In this document: piece after piece, positions 50,416 to 60,831 of the stretch
Layout: each line of letters starts with the position of its first letter
Numbering within the stretch: the stretch's first letter is position 1
From: Escherichia phage EC128
Sequence record: ON210139.1
Length of the DNA stretch: 64,000 nt
Strand: one strand, 5' to 3'
Notes under the pieces: generated by a model
What the model saw: only the letters and a program-made list of their open reading frames with translations
What the model was told of the DNA's origin: nothing
The model's database searches: none
Made by a program: the position numbers and the translations under genes

Positions 50416-50439
50416 GGACTCCTTCGGGAGTCCTTTTTC
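50416..50439 (+). terminator. rho-independent terminator (UUCG tetraloop)
   Basis: GGACTCC-TTCG-GGAGTCC then TTTTTC. Confidence 0.7.
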
Positions 50440-50448
50440 ATTTAAATG

Positions 50449-50478
50449 GTTTACTTTCCAAAATGAGTATGGTATAAT
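50449..50478 (+). promoter_or_regulatory. early promoter
   Basis: GTTTAC 50449-50454, TGGTATAAT -10. Confidence 0.6.
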
Positions 50479-50504
50479 AGAATTATCTTATAGAGGAGAG
50501 CACT

Positions 50505-50711
50505 ATGTTAAATCGCTGGATTAAACCAAATGAAGATTTAGATATTATCATTTCACGACATGTAATGAAGAAATATGAACTACAACCATGGTCTACAGAA
50601 GTTGTTGTGCATTCATTTATGATGTACGCAGATGGTTCTGTCGAATTTAATGCAGAGATTCGATATGATTATGGTGAAAAGCAAGTCGAATTCAAAAGAG
50701 GCTTTTTGTAA
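50505..50711 (+). CDS. hypothetical protein
   Basis: 68-aa ORF with SD GAGGAGAG. Confidence 0.5.
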   Translation: MLNRWIKPNEDLDIIISRHVMKKYELQPWSTEVVVHSFMMYADGSVEFNAEIRYDYGEKQVEFKRGFL

Positions 50712-51052
50712 TGTTTATCTTTAATTGGTTTAAAAGTTTCTTTACAGATTTTTTCTCTACGACTCCTGGAGAAGGTGTAGTTCCTATTTCAAATGACTAC
50801 CTTCCTTTAACTGTAGTTGAATATGTTTATATGGGAGATGGAACAGTCGAAGCAGTCACTATGACTTATGAAGAAGCCCAAGAATATTATAAAAATCCTT
50901 GGCGCTGGTCAGTACCTACTACATCATCTAATGCACAGAATACACAGTCTAGTTCTGATTCATATGATACTAATGTTCCTGTTCATGTATGGATGGGCGA
51001 TTCATGTGGAAGTTCTTGTGATTCTGGTTGTTCATCTACATCTTGCGATTGA
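50711..51052 (+). CDS. hypothetical protein with Cys/Ser-rich C-terminus
   Basis: C-terminal [16 protein letters not shown]. Confidence 0.5.
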   Translation: MFIFNWFKSFFTDFFSTTPGEGVVPISNDYLPLTVVEYVYMGDGTVEAVTMTYEEAQEYYKNPWRWSVPTTSSNAQNTQSSSDSYDTNVPVHVWMGDSCGSSCDSGCSSTSCD

Positions 51053-51060
51053 GGAAAATT

Positions 51061-51546
51061 ATGGAAGCGATTTTGTTTGAAATGTATATTAGCAGTAATA
51101 GCATGTCGTTTGCTAAAGATGTTCCAATTACTGTAGCCGTAGTGATTGATAAGGGTTATTGTAACCCTATGTATCTCGTAGAAAATTTCGTTTCAATGCC
51201 AGTTCCAGAAGATGTTGAAATAAAACTTAAAAAGATCGGAATTATTGAAACTGTGCCAAATAGTCCGTTTAGAGCAATTGAAGCATTTACTAAATCCGAA
51301 TACATTAATGTTAGCGCAGAACAATATAATGGTAATCCTTTATCTTTTTATTCGTACGATTCAGTATATGACTGGAAAATAAATGAAGGAAATAAATTTA
51401 TAATTGCGAGTGAAGATGCTTTATCATACTTTATTTATTATGTATGGAATAATTTAAACCCAAATTTGCTAAAAATTCATGAATTTGACGATGCTCCTAC
51501 TATTGTTTTAGGTAAAATAAATGAAAGTTCTGAAGAAGATTCTTGA
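51061..51546 (+). CDS. hypothetical protein
   Basis: SD GAGGAAAATT then ATG 51061. Confidence 0.5.
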   Translation: MEAILFEMYISSNSMSFAKDVPITVAVVIDKGYCNPMYLVENFVSMPVPEDVEIKLKKIGIIETVPNSPFRAIEAFTKSEYINVSAEQYNGNPLSFYSYDSVYDWKINEGNKFIIASEDALSYFIYYVWNNLNPNLLKIHEFDDAPTIVLGKINESSEEDS

Positions 51547-51724
51547 ATGGCTCAATAGACCAAACTCAATGTATATTGATGATGGCTGTGTTGAACAAGC
51601 AAATAAAGAAATGCAGAACGAATCAGAAGAGTGGATGAAATCTATGATTAAAGCTGAGCAAGAAAAGAAATTAGAGCGCTCAGCTCTTAAATTAATGAGA
51701 GATATTTACGGTGATAAATCATGA
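51521..51724 (+). CDS. hypothetical protein
   Basis: 67-aa ORF. Confidence 0.4.
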   Translation: MKVLKKILEWLNRPNSMYIDDGCVEQANKEMQNESEEWMKSMIKAEQEKKLERSALKLMRDIYGDKS

Positions 51725-51885
51725 GCAAAGATATGACGTTAGAAGAGGCCAAAGCAAAAGCAAATGAAGCCTTGGATTTGCTTCTTAAAATTGGCAGTAA
51801 AATGATGGAAGAAAATGAGAAATATATCCAGGAAAACAAAATTCCTGACGGTCCATTAGTAGGCAAAAGGAAATCACATGATTGA
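51721..51885 (+). CDS. hypothetical small protein (54 aa)
   Basis: hand-translated; ATGA overlaps at both ends. Confidence 0.35.
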   Translation: MSKDMTLEEAKAKANEALDLLLKIGSKMMEENEKYIQENKIPDGPLVGKRKSHD

Positions 51886-52348
51886 AGTAGCAAAACATTA
51901 TTCAATAGAATTTATGTCCAAAGAAGGTAAATCAGTAAATACACTTGATAAAAATTGCTCGTTAATTATTCCTTTAGCAGAAAATCCGGATATTTTAATT
52001 AAAGATATAAAAGAAAGAAAATATCCAGAAAATATTATTCTAATTATAAAGCATACTGAAGATATTTTGCAGAATACTGATTCACCGTTTTCTTCTTCTG
52101 AAGCTTTAACTATTAAAGGCTATAAAAGAGCTCATGAATATGGTCTTTTTGACATGTTTGAAGACGATAAAGTTAAATTAGCGAGTCAACCTTCTAAAAG
52201 TAAAACATTCATTATTGAAGATATTAAAGATATAAATGCATTTGTTAGGATGGTCTGGGCTCATTTTGATGTTGGACTACGCTGGAGAATGTCCGAAGAA
52301 GAAAGAAAGATTGTTGAAGCTAATCGTCACTTTGGTTTTTATCGCTAG
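51878..52348 (+). CDS. hypothetical protein
   Basis: 156-aa ORF. Confidence 0.5.
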   Translation: MIEVAKHYSIEFMSKEGKSVNTLDKNCSLIIPLAENPDILIKDIKERKYPENIILIIKHTEDILQNTDSPFSSSEALTIKGYKRAHEYGLFDMFEDDKVKLASQPSKSKTFIIEDIKDINAFVRMVWAHFDVGLRWRMSEEERKIVEANRHFGFYR

Positions 52349-52356
52349 GAATTAAT

Positions 52357-52539
52357 ATGAATTTATTTGAGATGTTAGAAGATAATCATTCTACGAATAT
52401 CCAGAATGATTCTAGTGATTATAAGAAAGAGTACCGTATAGTATTACAGAATTATGGAATTGAAGCCCCAGATGCTCTTCTAGAAAAACTAGCTTCATAC
52501 CATCTTGACCCTCCGCCCTGGGCTCCCTGGGCAAAATAA
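52357..52539 (+). CDS. hypothetical protein
   Basis: 60-aa ORF. Confidence 0.45.
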   Translation: MNLFEMLEDNHSTNIQNDSSDYKKEYRIVLQNYGIEAPDALLEKLASYHLDPPPWAPWAK

Positions 52540-52550
52540 TTCAAAAAGTT

Positions 52551-52580
52551 GTTTACTTTCCTTTCTAACGATGATATGAT
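52551..52580 (+). promoter_or_regulatory. early promoter
   Basis: GTTTAC 52551-52556, TATGAT -10. Confidence 0.5.
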
Positions 52581-52606
52581 AGCTTCTGAAGTATACGGAG
52601 GCTATC

Positions 52607-53230
52607 ATGATTATTAATCTTGCAGATGTTGAACAGTTATCTATAAAAGTTGAAAGCGTTGATTTTCAATATGATATGTATAAAAAGGTCTGTGAAAAAT
52701 TTACTGACTTTGAGCAGTCTGTTCTTTGGCAATGTATGGAAGCTAAAAAGAATGAAGCTCTTCATCGGCAATTGAATAAAATCATTAAAAAGCATTTAAC
52801 TAAATCACCTTATCAGTTATATCGTGGTATATCAAAATCAACAGAAGAACTTATTAAAGATTTACAAGTTGGAGAAGTGTTTTCAACGAACAGGGTAGAT
52901 TCATTTACTACTAGTTTGCTCACAGCATGTTCTTTTTCTTACGCTGAATATTTTACTAAAATAATACTTCGCTTAAAAACTAATAAAGCTTTTAATTATT
53001 CTGACCATATCAGCGATATTATACTTTCTTCTCCTAATACTGAGTTTAAGTACACGTATGAAGATACTGATGGGCTAGATTCAGAGCGTACTGATAACTT
53101 AATGATGATTGTGCGTGAACAAGAATGGATGATTCCAATTGGAAAGTATAGAATAACTTCTATTTCAAAAGAAAAATTACACGATTCATTTGGAACATTT
53201 AAAGTTTATGATATTGAGGTAGTTGAATGA
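52607..53230 (+). CDS. modB: ADP-ribosyltransferase ModB
   Basis: R-S-E motif (YRGI, STN, EQEWMIP); 207 aa. Confidence 0.6.
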   Translation: MIINLADVEQLSIKVESVDFQYDMYKKVCEKFTDFEQSVLWQCMEAKKNEALHRQLNKIIKKHLTKSPYQLYRGISKSTEELIKDLQVGEVFSTNRVDSFTTSLLTACSFSYAEYFTKIILRLKTNKAFNYSDHISDIILSSPNTEFKYTYEDTDGLDSERTDNLMMIVREQEWMIPIGKYRITSISKEKLHDSFGTFKVYDIEVVE

Positions 53231-53829
53231 AATACTCAGTAATGCAACTAAAAGATTTTAAAATAAAATCAATGGATGCATCGGTGCGTGCTTCTATTCG
53301 TGAAGAATTACTTTCTGAAGGGTTTAATTTATCTGAAATTGAACTTTTAATTCATTGTATTACCAACAAACCAGATGACCATACTTGGTTAAATGAAATA
53401 ATCAAATCTCGTTTGGTTCCAAACGATAAACCTCTTTGGAGAGGTGTTCCAGCTGAGACTAAGCAGGTGTTAAATCAAGGAATTGATATTATTACATTTG
53501 ATAAAGTAGTATCAGCTTCATATGATAAAAATATAGCTCTACATTTTGCTTCCGGTTTAGAGTATAACACACAAGTTATTTTTGAATTCAAAGCTCCTAT
53601 GGTATTCAATTTCCAGGAGTATGCTATAAAAGCTCTACGCTGTAAAGAATACAATCCAAACTTTAAGTTTCCGGATAGTCATCGTTATCGTAATATGGAA
53701 TTAGTTTCAGATGAACAAGAAGTAATGATACCAGCTGGAAGTGTATTTAGAATTGCAGATAGATATGAGTACAAAAAGTATTCAACATACACTATCTATA
53801 CTCTTGATTTTGAAGGATTTAATCTATAA
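53227..53829 (+). CDS. modA: ADP-ribosyltransferase ModA
   Basis: R-S-E motif (WRGV, SAS, EQEVMIP); 200 aa; paralog of upstream gene. Confidence 0.6.
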   Translation: MKYSVMQLKDFKIKSMDASVRASIREELLSEGFNLSEIELLIHCITNKPDDHTWLNEIIKSRLVPNDKPLWRGVPAETKQVLNQGIDIITFDKVVSASYDKNIALHFASGLEYNTQVIFEFKAPMVFNFQEYAIKALRCKEYNPNFKFPDSHRYRNMELVSDEQEVMIPAGSVFRIADRYEYKKYSTYTIYTLDFEGFNL

Positions 53830-53885
53830 TGGAAGGACTTAGATTCATTATACCATGAAAGTTTTAAAGCATTTTTCATAAAGTT

Positions 53886-53918
53886 GTTTACAAGTTAAAG
53901 TAAAAATGTTATAGTATA
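53886..53918 (+). promoter_or_regulatory. early promoter
   Basis: GTTTAC 53886-53891, TATAGTAT -10. Confidence 0.5.
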
Positions 53919-53951
53919 AGTAGTTAACCGTCCGTAAGATGTGAGAAAAAT

Positions 53952-54698
53952 ATGAAGCTGTCTAATAACCAAATTCGTAAAATTAAACGTCGTCTAGAGC
54001 ATACCCAGGCATCTGCAAAAAGACGTTCTAAAGATTTTAACTTAGACTTCAATTACATTAAGAACATTTTAGATCAGAAAGTTTGTGCTTACTCAGGAGA
54101 ACCTTTTGATAATCGTGTTGAAGGAGAGAAATTATCATTAGAACGTTTTGATAATAACGTTGGATACATTAAAGGGAATGTTATTGCAGTAAAGAAAAAG
54201 TATAATACATTTCGTTCTGATTATACTTTAGAAGAGTTGATTGAAAAGCGTGATTTATTTGCTTTGCGAATTGGTCGTTCATCTGCGAAAAAAGTTCATA
54301 AACTAAATTTAGATGAAAAGAAATGGGCTAAAATCAAAAAGACTTATAATCAAATTAAAGCTATACAGAAAAAACGTGAAAACCGAATTGAACACATTTC
54401 TAAGCTTTCTAAATCAAAACAGACCTCTGATATTAAGCTAAGGATTATAGCACTTAAAGCTCGTATTGATGGTTCTCGCATAGCAGAAGGCGCTGAAGTT
54501 GTTAAATTGAACGTTCTTCTTAAAGGCTCGGATTGGAAAATTGTGAAAAAGCTGTCAGAAGCAGAAATGCAATATGATATGTGTGATAAAATTATTCAAG
54601 GTGTAGAGCGGTATCAAAATTTGTCTTTTATTGATAAACTTAAACTGAAAAGAGGATACCCGCTAAATTGTTCAATTTTTAAACTTATCCGAGGATAA
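53952..54698 (+). CDS. basic protein, possibly Srd
   Basis: 248 aa, Lys/Arg-rich; between modA and dda. Confidence 0.4.
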   Translation: MKLSNNQIRKIKRRLEHTQASAKRRSKDFNLDFNYIKNILDQKVCAYSGEPFDNRVEGEKLSLERFDNNVGYIKGNVIAVKKKYNTFRSDYTLEELIEKRDLFALRIGRSSAKKVHKLNLDEKKWAKIKKTYNQIKAIQKKRENRIEHISKLSKSKQTSDIKLRIIALKARIDGSRIAEGAEVVKLNVLLKGSDWKIVKKLSEAEMQYDMCDKIIQGVERYQNLSFIDKLKLKRGYPLNCSIFKLIRG

Positions 54699-54699
54699 T

Positions 54700-55011
54700 A
54701 TGGTTTATGTATACGCGATAGTTTACCGAGACAAAGACGGATTTACGGCGCCAGTTCCGCTTGATGAACATCGTCCTGCTGTATTTTTTGAATGGAAGAT
54801 TGCTGATAAAGTATTTACCACTCTTAAAGAGCAGTATCGACTAGCTTTAGGTAAAGGAATTCCAAGATTAGTTGAGACTCCACGTAAATTTTGGTTTAAT
54901 AAAATAGAAGTTAAACATGTTAAGCCTGACGTAGACACGCAAAGATTATATCAGCGAATTTTAGATACTGGGCGTATTGTTAGTATACCAATTGCAGGGA
55001 ATTTACGATGA
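54700..55011 (+). CDS. hypothetical protein
   Basis: 103-aa ORF. Confidence 0.5.
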   Translation: MVYVYAIVYRDKDGFTAPVPLDEHRPAVFFEWKIADKVFTTLKEQYRLALGKGIPRLVETPRKFWFNKIEVKHVKPDVDTQRLYQRILDTGRIVSIPIAGNLR

Positions 55012-56327
55012 CATTTGATGATTTGACCGAAGGCCAGAAAAATGCCTTTAACATTGTTATGAAGGCTATTAAAGAAAAGAAACACCATGTAACTATTAAT
55101 GGACCTGCCGGTACCGGTAAGACTACTCTTACTAAGTTCATCATTGAAGCTTTAATATCTACGGGTGAAACTGGTATTATTTTAGCAGCTCCTACTCATG
55201 CAGCTAAAAAGATTCTTTCAAAACTATCAGGGAAAGAAGCAAGTACTATTCATAGTATTCTTAAAATTAACCCAGTAACATATGAAGAAAATGTCCTCTT
55301 CGAGCAGAAGGAAGTACCAGATTTAGCTAAATGCAGAGTATTAATCTGCGATGAAGTGTCAATGTATGATAGAAAGCTATTTAAAATTCTGCTTTCAACT
55401 ATCCCGCCGTGGTGTACTATAATTGGAATAGGTGATAATAAGCAAATTAGACCTGTTGACCCAGGAGAAAATACTGCTTATATCAGTCCATTCTTTACAC
55501 ACAAAGATTTTTATCAGTGTGAACTTACTGAAGTTAAACGCAGTAATGCTCCTATTATTGATGTAGCTACTGATGTTCGCAACGGTAAGTGGATTTATGA
55601 TAAAGTTGTTGACGGTCATGGAGTACGTGGATTTACTGGTGATACCGCTTTACGCGATTTTATGGTAAATTATTTTTCAATCGTAAAATCACTAGACGAT
55701 TTGTTTGAAAATCGCGTAATGGCATTTACGAATAAATCTGTTGATAAGTTAAATAGCATTATTCGCAAAAAGATTTTTGAAACTGATAAAGATTTTATCG
55801 TTGGTGAAATTATTGTAATGCAGGAACCATTAATTAAAACATATAAAATTGATGGAAAGCCTGTGTCAGAAATTATTTTTAATAACGGACAATTAGTTCG
55901 TATTATAGAAGCAGAGTATACATCAACCTTTGTTAAAGCTCGTGGTGTTTCTGGAGAATACTTAATTCGTCATTGGGATTTAACAGTAGAAACTTACGGC
56001 GATGATGAATATTATCGTGAAAAGATTAAAATAATTTCATCTGATGAAGAGCTATATAAGTTTAACCTATTTTTAGGTAAAACGGCAGAAACTTATAAAA
56101 ATTGGAACAAAGGCGGAAAAGCTCCATGGAGTGATTTTTGGGATGCTAAATCACAGTTCAGTAAAGTGAAAGCACTTCCTGCATCAACATTCCATAAAGC
56201 TCAGGGTATGTCTGTAGACCGTGCTTTCATTTATACGCCTTGTATTCATTATGCAGATGCTGAATTGGCCCAACAACTTCTTTATGTTGGTGTTACCCGT
56301 GGTCGTTATGATGTATTTTATGTATGA
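55008..56327 (+). CDS. dda: DNA helicase Dda (SF1B)
   Basis: Walker A GPAGTGKTT, Walker B LICDEVSM; 439 aa. Confidence 0.9.
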   Translation: MTFDDLTEGQKNAFNIVMKAIKEKKHHVTINGPAGTGKTTLTKFIIEALISTGETGIILAAPTHAAKKILSKLSGKEASTIHSILKINPVTYEENVLFEQKEVPDLAKCRVLICDEVSMYDRKLFKILLSTIPPWCTIIGIGDNKQIRPVDPGENTAYISPFFTHKDFYQCELTEVKRSNAPIIDVATDVRNGKWIYDKVVDGHGVRGFTGDTALRDFMVNYFSIVKSLDDLFENRVMAFTNKSVDKLNSIIRKKIFETDKDFIVGEIIVMQEPLIKTYKIDGKPVSEIIFNNGQLVRIIEAEYTSTFVKARGVSGEYLIRHWDLTVETYGDDEYYREKIKIISSDEELYKFNLFLGKTAETYKNWNKGGKAPWSDFWDAKSQFSKVKALPASTFHKAQGMSVDRAFIYTPCIHYADAELAQQLLYVGVTRGRYDVFYV

Positions 56328-56348
56328 TTAAATTTGAGGAAGCTATTC

Positions 56349-56594
56349 GTGGAAATAACTAAAGATCAGTTTTATCTTCTTCAAGATAAAGTAAGCGAAA
56401 TTTATGAAATAGCTTATAGCAAAAATCGCAAAAATGTGAAAACTGAATCAGGCAAGTTAATGCTTCAATTGGAAGAAATTGAACGAGATTTGATTGCGTT
56501 AGAATTCTTTTGTGGTGAAGTAAAAACTGTTACAATCAGTGATTACATTTTAGGTGAAATTAGCCATCTTTATAAGGCGGTTATTAATGATTGA
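56349..56594 (+). CDS. hypothetical protein (tandem paralog 1)
   Basis: SD GAGGAAG then GTG 56349. Confidence 0.45.
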   Translation: MEITKDQFYLLQDKVSEIYEIAYSKNRKNVKTESGKLMLQLEEIERDLIALEFFCGEVKTVTISDYILGEISHLYKAVIND

Positions 56595-56829
56595 ATTAAG
56601 TTTGCAGCAGTTTAAATCTCTTATGACAAATGTTAAAGCTGTCATTGAGAAAAATTCGGGTCCTGAAAATATTACTATTCGCGAAAAAGCTTTAAAGATA
56701 ATATACAGTCTTGAAGAGATGCAAAAAGATATTGAATCTATGGCAAAATTTATTGATGAGCCTATTAATAAAGTTTATATTCAAGATTATACTGTAGGTC
56801 AAATTCGTGATTTAGCAAGGAAAATTTAA
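56587..56829 (+). CDS. hypothetical protein (tandem paralog 2)
   Basis: similar length and residue pattern to 56349 ORF. Confidence 0.45.
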   Translation: MIELSLQQFKSLMTNVKAVIEKNSGPENITIREKALKIIYSLEEMQKDIESMAKFIDEPINKVYIQDYTVGQIRDLARKI

Positions 56830-57512
56830 TGTTTGATTTTATTATAGATTTTGAAACAATGGGAAGCGGTGAAAAAGCAGCTGTTATTGATTTGGCTGTA
56901 ATTGCTTTTGACCCTAATCCAGAAGTCGTTGAAACATTCGATGAATTAGTTTCACGTGGCATTAAAATCAAGTTTGATTTAAAAAGCCAAAAAGGACATC
57001 GTCTTTTTACTAAAAGCACTATCGAATGGTGGAAAAATCAGTCTCCCGAAGCTCGAAAAAATATTGCGCCATCAGATGAAGATGTAAGCACTATCGATGG
57101 TATTGCAAAATTTAATGATTACATCAATGCACATAACATCGATCCTTGGAAATCTCAGGGCTGGTGCCGTGGAATGTCGTTTGATTTTCCAATTTTAGTC
57201 GATCTCATTCGCGATATTCAACGTCTTAATGGTGTTTCCGAGAATGAGCTTGATACGTTTAAGTTAGAACCTTGTAAATTTTGGAATCAGCGTGATATTC
57301 GTACCAGAATTGAAGCACTTCTGCTTGTTCGTGATATGACCACATGCCCCCTTCCAAAGGGAACTTTAGATGGATTCGTTGCACATGATTCTATTCATGA
57401 TTGTGCGAAAGACATCCTGATGATGAAGTATGCTTTGCGATATGCTATGGGTCTTGAAGATGCTCCGTCAGAGGAAGAGTGCGATCCTCTGTCTCTTCCA
57501 ACAAAACGATAA
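56829..57512 (+). CDS. dexA: exonuclease A (DEDDh 3'-5' exonuclease)
   Basis: N-terminal DFETMG, 227 aa. Confidence 0.85.
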   Translation: MFDFIIDFETMGSGEKAAVIDLAVIAFDPNPEVVETFDELVSRGIKIKFDLKSQKGHRLFTKSTIEWWKNQSPEARKNIAPSDEDVSTIDGIAKFNDYINAHNIDPWKSQGWCRGMSFDFPILVDLIRDIQRLNGVSENELDTFKLEPCKFWNQRDIRTRIEALLLVRDMTTCPLPKGTLDGFVAHDSIHDCAKDILMMKYALRYAMGLEDAPSEEECDPLSLPTKR

Positions 57513-57518
57513 AAAGTT

Positions 57519-57548
57519 GTTTACTTCCTCGGTTAGTTGTGGTATTAT
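57519..57548 (+). promoter_or_regulatory. early promoter
   Basis: GTTTAC 57519-57524, TGGTATTAT -10. Confidence 0.55.
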
Positions 57549-57575
57549 AACATCATAGCTACTGAGGATAATAAA

Positions 57576-58079
57576 ATGAAAATTTATCGTGTTGAATCAT
57601 CTTTTAGTATTCTTAATTGTGAAGATGCTATAACAATACGTCGAAATCTTTGTGTTCAAATAACGCCATACAGGAGTATAATAGATTCATGGAGCGAAGA
57701 GTGGTTATTACACGTAGGTTATGATAGACCTAATTTTATGCATCATAGTAATGATAACAAAAGAATTCCTCTTCCGCGCGAAGACAAATTATTAGTTAAA
57801 AATGCTAATATAGCAATTAATACTAACTTTGAGAAAGAAGAATATGTAGGCGTAGATCATTATATTCCTGGATGGTTTATAGCTCTTTATCATTTTGCTT
57901 TCGCTAGTGAGTATGATATGATGAGATGGTTCACGCGAGAAGAGCGGGAAGAATTATCTTCTAAAGGATTTTATCTCGCTGTATACGAAGTTCCTGAAGA
58001 TGAAGTTATCATTGGTGGGCACCAAGTAATGTTCCGCAAATCGCATGCTGAACTCGTAGATTTTATTGAAATGAGATAA
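57576..58079 (+). CDS. hypothetical protein
   Basis: SD GAGGATAATAAA then ATG 57576. Confidence 0.55.
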   Translation: MKIYRVESSFSILNCEDAITIRRNLCVQITPYRSIIDSWSEEWLLHVGYDRPNFMHHSNDNKRIPLPREDKLLVKNANIAINTNFEKEEYVGVDHYIPGWFIALYHFAFASEYDMMRWFTREEREELSSKGFYLAVYEVPEDEVIIGGHQVMFRKSHAELVDFIEMR

Positions 58080-58081
58080 TT

Positions 58082-58624
58082 ATGAAATTTAATTATAATC
58101 CTGAATACATACCAAATCCGGTAGCTAAACCGTTTGCTATGGATATAGCAAGCATGTACGGCACTCTTGTTAAACCATTAGAAATTAAGGAAACATTTAT
58201 GACTGCTCGGACCATCGAAATTGGCAAAACCTACAAACTGGTTGAAACTGAAATTAAAACTACTGAACTAAATTTGGGTTATAAAGCATTGACTAATGCT
58301 TTTGGTGAAGGCGAGTTTGTGGTTAAAAGCTTTTCAAAAAGTAACTGGTATGATAAGAATAAAGCTTACGTGATTCGAGTACACCGTTTAGATAATGATG
58401 AAGTAATTAAAACTATAGTCTTTGAAGCAGAGCTTATCCTCTTCAAAGAAGTTGATCCTACTGACCTTTTGGCTCATGCAGTAGCTATTAAGACCCCATT
58501 TATTTCGGTCTGTGGTTGGGTAACAGACCAATGGATTGAAGATGGTGTTGAACTTCTGAACGTTGTTCATGCGGGTGATTTTAGCGTAGTACCTCGTAGT
58601 GCAGTGGTAGCTATTTTGAATTAA
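58082..58624 (+). CDS. hypothetical protein (paralog of 58701 ORF)
   Basis: shared C-terminal motif CGWVTDQWIEDGVELLNVV. Confidence 0.55.
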   Translation: MKFNYNPEYIPNPVAKPFAMDIASMYGTLVKPLEIKETFMTARTIEIGKTYKLVETEIKTTELNLGYKALTNAFGEGEFVVKSFSKSNWYDKNKAYVIRVHRLDNDEVIKTIVFEAELILFKEVDPTDLLAHAVAIKTPFISVCGWVTDQWIEDGVELLNVVHAGDFSVVPRSAVVAILN

Positions 58625-58626
58625 TA

Positions 58627-58656
58627 GTTTACAAACTCTTGGGACCAGAGTATAAT
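58627..58656 (+). promoter_or_regulatory. early promoter enclosed by short inverted repeat
   Basis: GTTTAC 58627-58632, TATAAT 58651-58656, GGGACC...GGTCC flanking -10. Confidence 0.55.
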
Positions 58657-58700
58657 GGTCCTGTGGAGTATAAAATCTTTTTAACAAGTGAGAGATAACT

Positions 58701-59189
58701 ATGATTATTAATATTGGTGAAATTGCTCGTGTGTCTGATAAATCCCGTTCTAAAGCAGCAGGAAAATTGGTCGAAATTGTAAGCATTCAGCTTAAACACG
58801 GCGTTAAAGATGAAGATTCTGAAGTAAAAGTGCGTATCATTCCTAAAGATGGAAAGTCTAAACCTCAGTTTGGTTATGTTCGCGCGAAATTTCTTGAATC
58901 TGCGTTTTTGAAAGCTGTTCCCGCTAAAGGAATTGAAACGATTGATACTTCGCATGTAGGTGTAGACTTTAAGTGGAAACTCGGTCAAGCTATCAAGTTC
59001 ATTGCTCCTTGTGAATTTAAATTTATCAAAGATGATGGAAAGGCTGTTTATACTCGTGCTATGTGTGGATACATTACCGATCAATGGGTAGAAGATGGTG
59101 TTAAGCTGTACAATGTGGTATTTTTAGGAACATACAAAGTCATTCCTGAAAGTTGGATTAAACACTATAGCAATGCTCTCTATGCATAA
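58701..59189 (+). CDS. hypothetical protein, possibly MotB
   Basis: 162 aa; shares CGYITDQWVEDGVKLYNVV with 58082 ORF. Confidence 0.5.
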   Translation: MIINIGEIARVSDKSRSKAAGKLVEIVSIQLKHGVKDEDSEVKVRIIPKDGKSKPQFGYVRAKFLESAFLKAVPAKGIETIDTSHVGVDFKWKLGQAIKFIAPCEFKFIKDDGKAVYTRAMCGYITDQWVEDGVKLYNVVFLGTYKVIPESWIKHYSNALYA

Positions 59190-59197
59190 AGTTTAAA

Positions 59198-59295
59198 TTT
59201 TTTCATAAAACTATATACATCAGTAGTTGATTATGGTACTATATCAATATCAACTACTGATACAGAAAACAACTTGGAGAATAAAATGGAAATTC
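59198..59295 (+). repeat. degenerate PeSL-like module with 4-codon remnant ORF
   Basis: TGGTACTATA...CAACTACTGATACAGA...TTGGAGAATAAAATGGAAATTCGCTAA. Confidence 0.45.
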
Positions 59296-59359
59296 GCTAA
59301 AGGTGCTGATACTCTTCTGAAACGCATCGCTCCAATGTTTAATTAATGAGGAAATTGTA

Positions 59360-59575
59360 ATGAAACGTAAAATTGTTCAGAACTGCACTAATGATGAATT
59401 TGAAGATGTATTATTTGATCCAAATTTGGTAGTAGTTCAAAAGGAACATACTAGCAAGTTTACTCACTTGACTTCTGTTTATGTGTATGAGAAAGTCGGT
59501 GATAAACAGCCAATTTACGGTGTATTTCGTGAAATTACTGAAGACGGCACAACTTACTGGAAGGAAATTTATTAA
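59360..59575 (+). CDS. hypothetical protein
   Basis: 71-aa ORF with SD GAGGAAATTGTAATG. Confidence 0.5.
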   Translation: MKRKIVQNCTNDEFEDVLFDPNLVVVQKEHTSKFTHLTSVYVYEKVGDKQPIYGVFREITEDGTTYWKEIY

Positions 59576-59994
59576 TGGCTATTAAATTTGAAGTTAATAA
59601 ATGGTATCAATTTAAAAATAAACAAGCTCAAGAAAATTTTATTAAAGACCATACTGATAACGGAATCTATGCGCGACGTTTAGGTATGTATCCTTTTAAA
59701 ATTTTAGATGTGGATGCTCTTGGGCGTCCTATTAAAATTTTGTCATCTACTGGAAATTTAGTACTATCTTCTGGTAAAGATGTTTTGGATGAAGACTTTA
59801 TTTGGCTTTCAAAAAGTGAAGCTGGGTTCTTTGATGAAGTGGAAAATCCATATCAGGCAGCTGAAGAGCAAGAGCAGGAAGAGCAAGAACAAATAGAAGA
59901 TTTCACAGAATTCCCGGTAATGAAAGTTATTATTGAAAATAATGAACAGGCATGGTCTTTGTATCAGATGTTGAAAGCTCACTTTAAGGAATAA
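59575..59994 (+). CDS. hypothetical protein with acidic C-terminal repeat
   Basis: 139 aa, [10 protein letters not shown] tract. Confidence 0.5.
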   Translation: MAIKFEVNKWYQFKNKQAQENFIKDHTDNGIYARRLGMYPFKILDVDALGRPIKILSSTGNLVLSSGKDVLDEDFIWLSKSEAGFFDEVENPYQAAEEQEQEEQEQIEDFTEFPVMKVIIENNEQAWSLYQMLKAHFKE

Positions 59995-59996
59995 TT

Positions 59997-60173
59997 ATGC
60001 CGCTTTATGATTATAAATGTCAATCCAAAGACTGCGCAAAAGAATACGAAAAAATCAAGAAAATTTCTGAAAGGGATACTGATGTATGTCCTGATTGTCA
60101 TCGGATTGCTATTCGGTTAGTTTCCGCTCCTAAGCATGTGAATGGTGGATTTTACGACTTACTTAAAGGGTGA
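59997..60173 (+). CDS. FmdB-like zinc-ribbon protein (58 aa)
   Basis: YDYKC...C...CPDC, hand-translated. Confidence 0.4.
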   Translation: MPLYDYKCQSKDCAKEYEKIKKISERDTDVCPDCHRIAIRLVSAPKHVNGGFYDLLKG

Positions 60174-60175
60174 TT

Positions 60176-60547
60176 ATGTTTAAAATCGGTAAGAAATATC
60201 GTATTCGCGAAGGCGAAGAAAAGAAATATCTAATGTCTGCTATTTATAGGAATGGTTCTATTAATGCTGTAATATCTACAAGCGAATTTATCGTTGAAGA
60301 TATGAAAGGTCATAATGTTACGATGATTAGTACAGCGTCTGGAAATAATGGAAAAATTCTTCACAGTATGCAGAGTAATGTTCTAATTTATGCTGAAGAA
60401 TTTGACTTCTTCGAAGAAGTTCCCGAAAATTTTGATTTTGGATGCACTATCACTATGAAATCTGGTGACCCTCTTTCCTTTACAGTTAAAGATGAAAGAA
60501 GTCGCTTGAGAGTTATTAGTCTCCTTCAAGCCATTAAATTTAAGTGA
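60176..60547 (+). CDS. hypothetical protein
   Basis: start at ATG 60176. Confidence 0.5.
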   Translation: MFKIGKKYRIREGEEKKYLMSAIYRNGSINAVISTSEFIVEDMKGHNVTMISTASGNNGKILHSMQSNVLIYAEEFDFFEEVPENFDFGCTITMKSGDPLSFTVKDERSRLRVISLLQAIKFK

Positions 60548-60813
60548 AAATTATGAAATATGTTAATCGTTCTATCGCAGCATTAGTATTAGCAGTATCT
60601 TTAGTAGGATGTACTGATGCTGATAATGCAACTAAAATTTTATCATCAAGTGGTTTTACTAATATTGAAATCACTGGATATAACTGGTTCGGTTGCTCTG
60701 AAAATGATTTCCAACATACTGGATTTCGTGCTATTGGACCTACTGGGCAGAAAGTAGAAGGAACAGTATGTTCTGGTCTATTCTTCAAGGATTCGACTAT
60801 TCGTTTTAAATAA
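60544..60813 (+). CDS. putative lipoprotein
   Basis: signal peptide with lipobox LVGC. Confidence 0.5.
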   Translation: MKIMKYVNRSIAALVLAVSLVGCTDADNATKILSSSGFTNIEITGYNWFGCSENDFQHTGFRAIGPTGQKVEGTVCSGLFFKDSTIRFK

Positions 60814-60814
60814 A

Positions 60815-60831
60815 AGGCCTTCGGGCCTTTA
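60815..60831 (+). terminator. UUCG-tetraloop terminator/stability hairpin
   Basis: AGGCC-TTCG-GGCCT then TTT. Confidence 0.55.

Noticed and set aside
58388-59084. Minus-strand ORFs of 132 and 151 aa overlapping + strand genes
   Set aside because: Antisense to well-supported co-directional genes with promoters and SDs; low-complexity translations.
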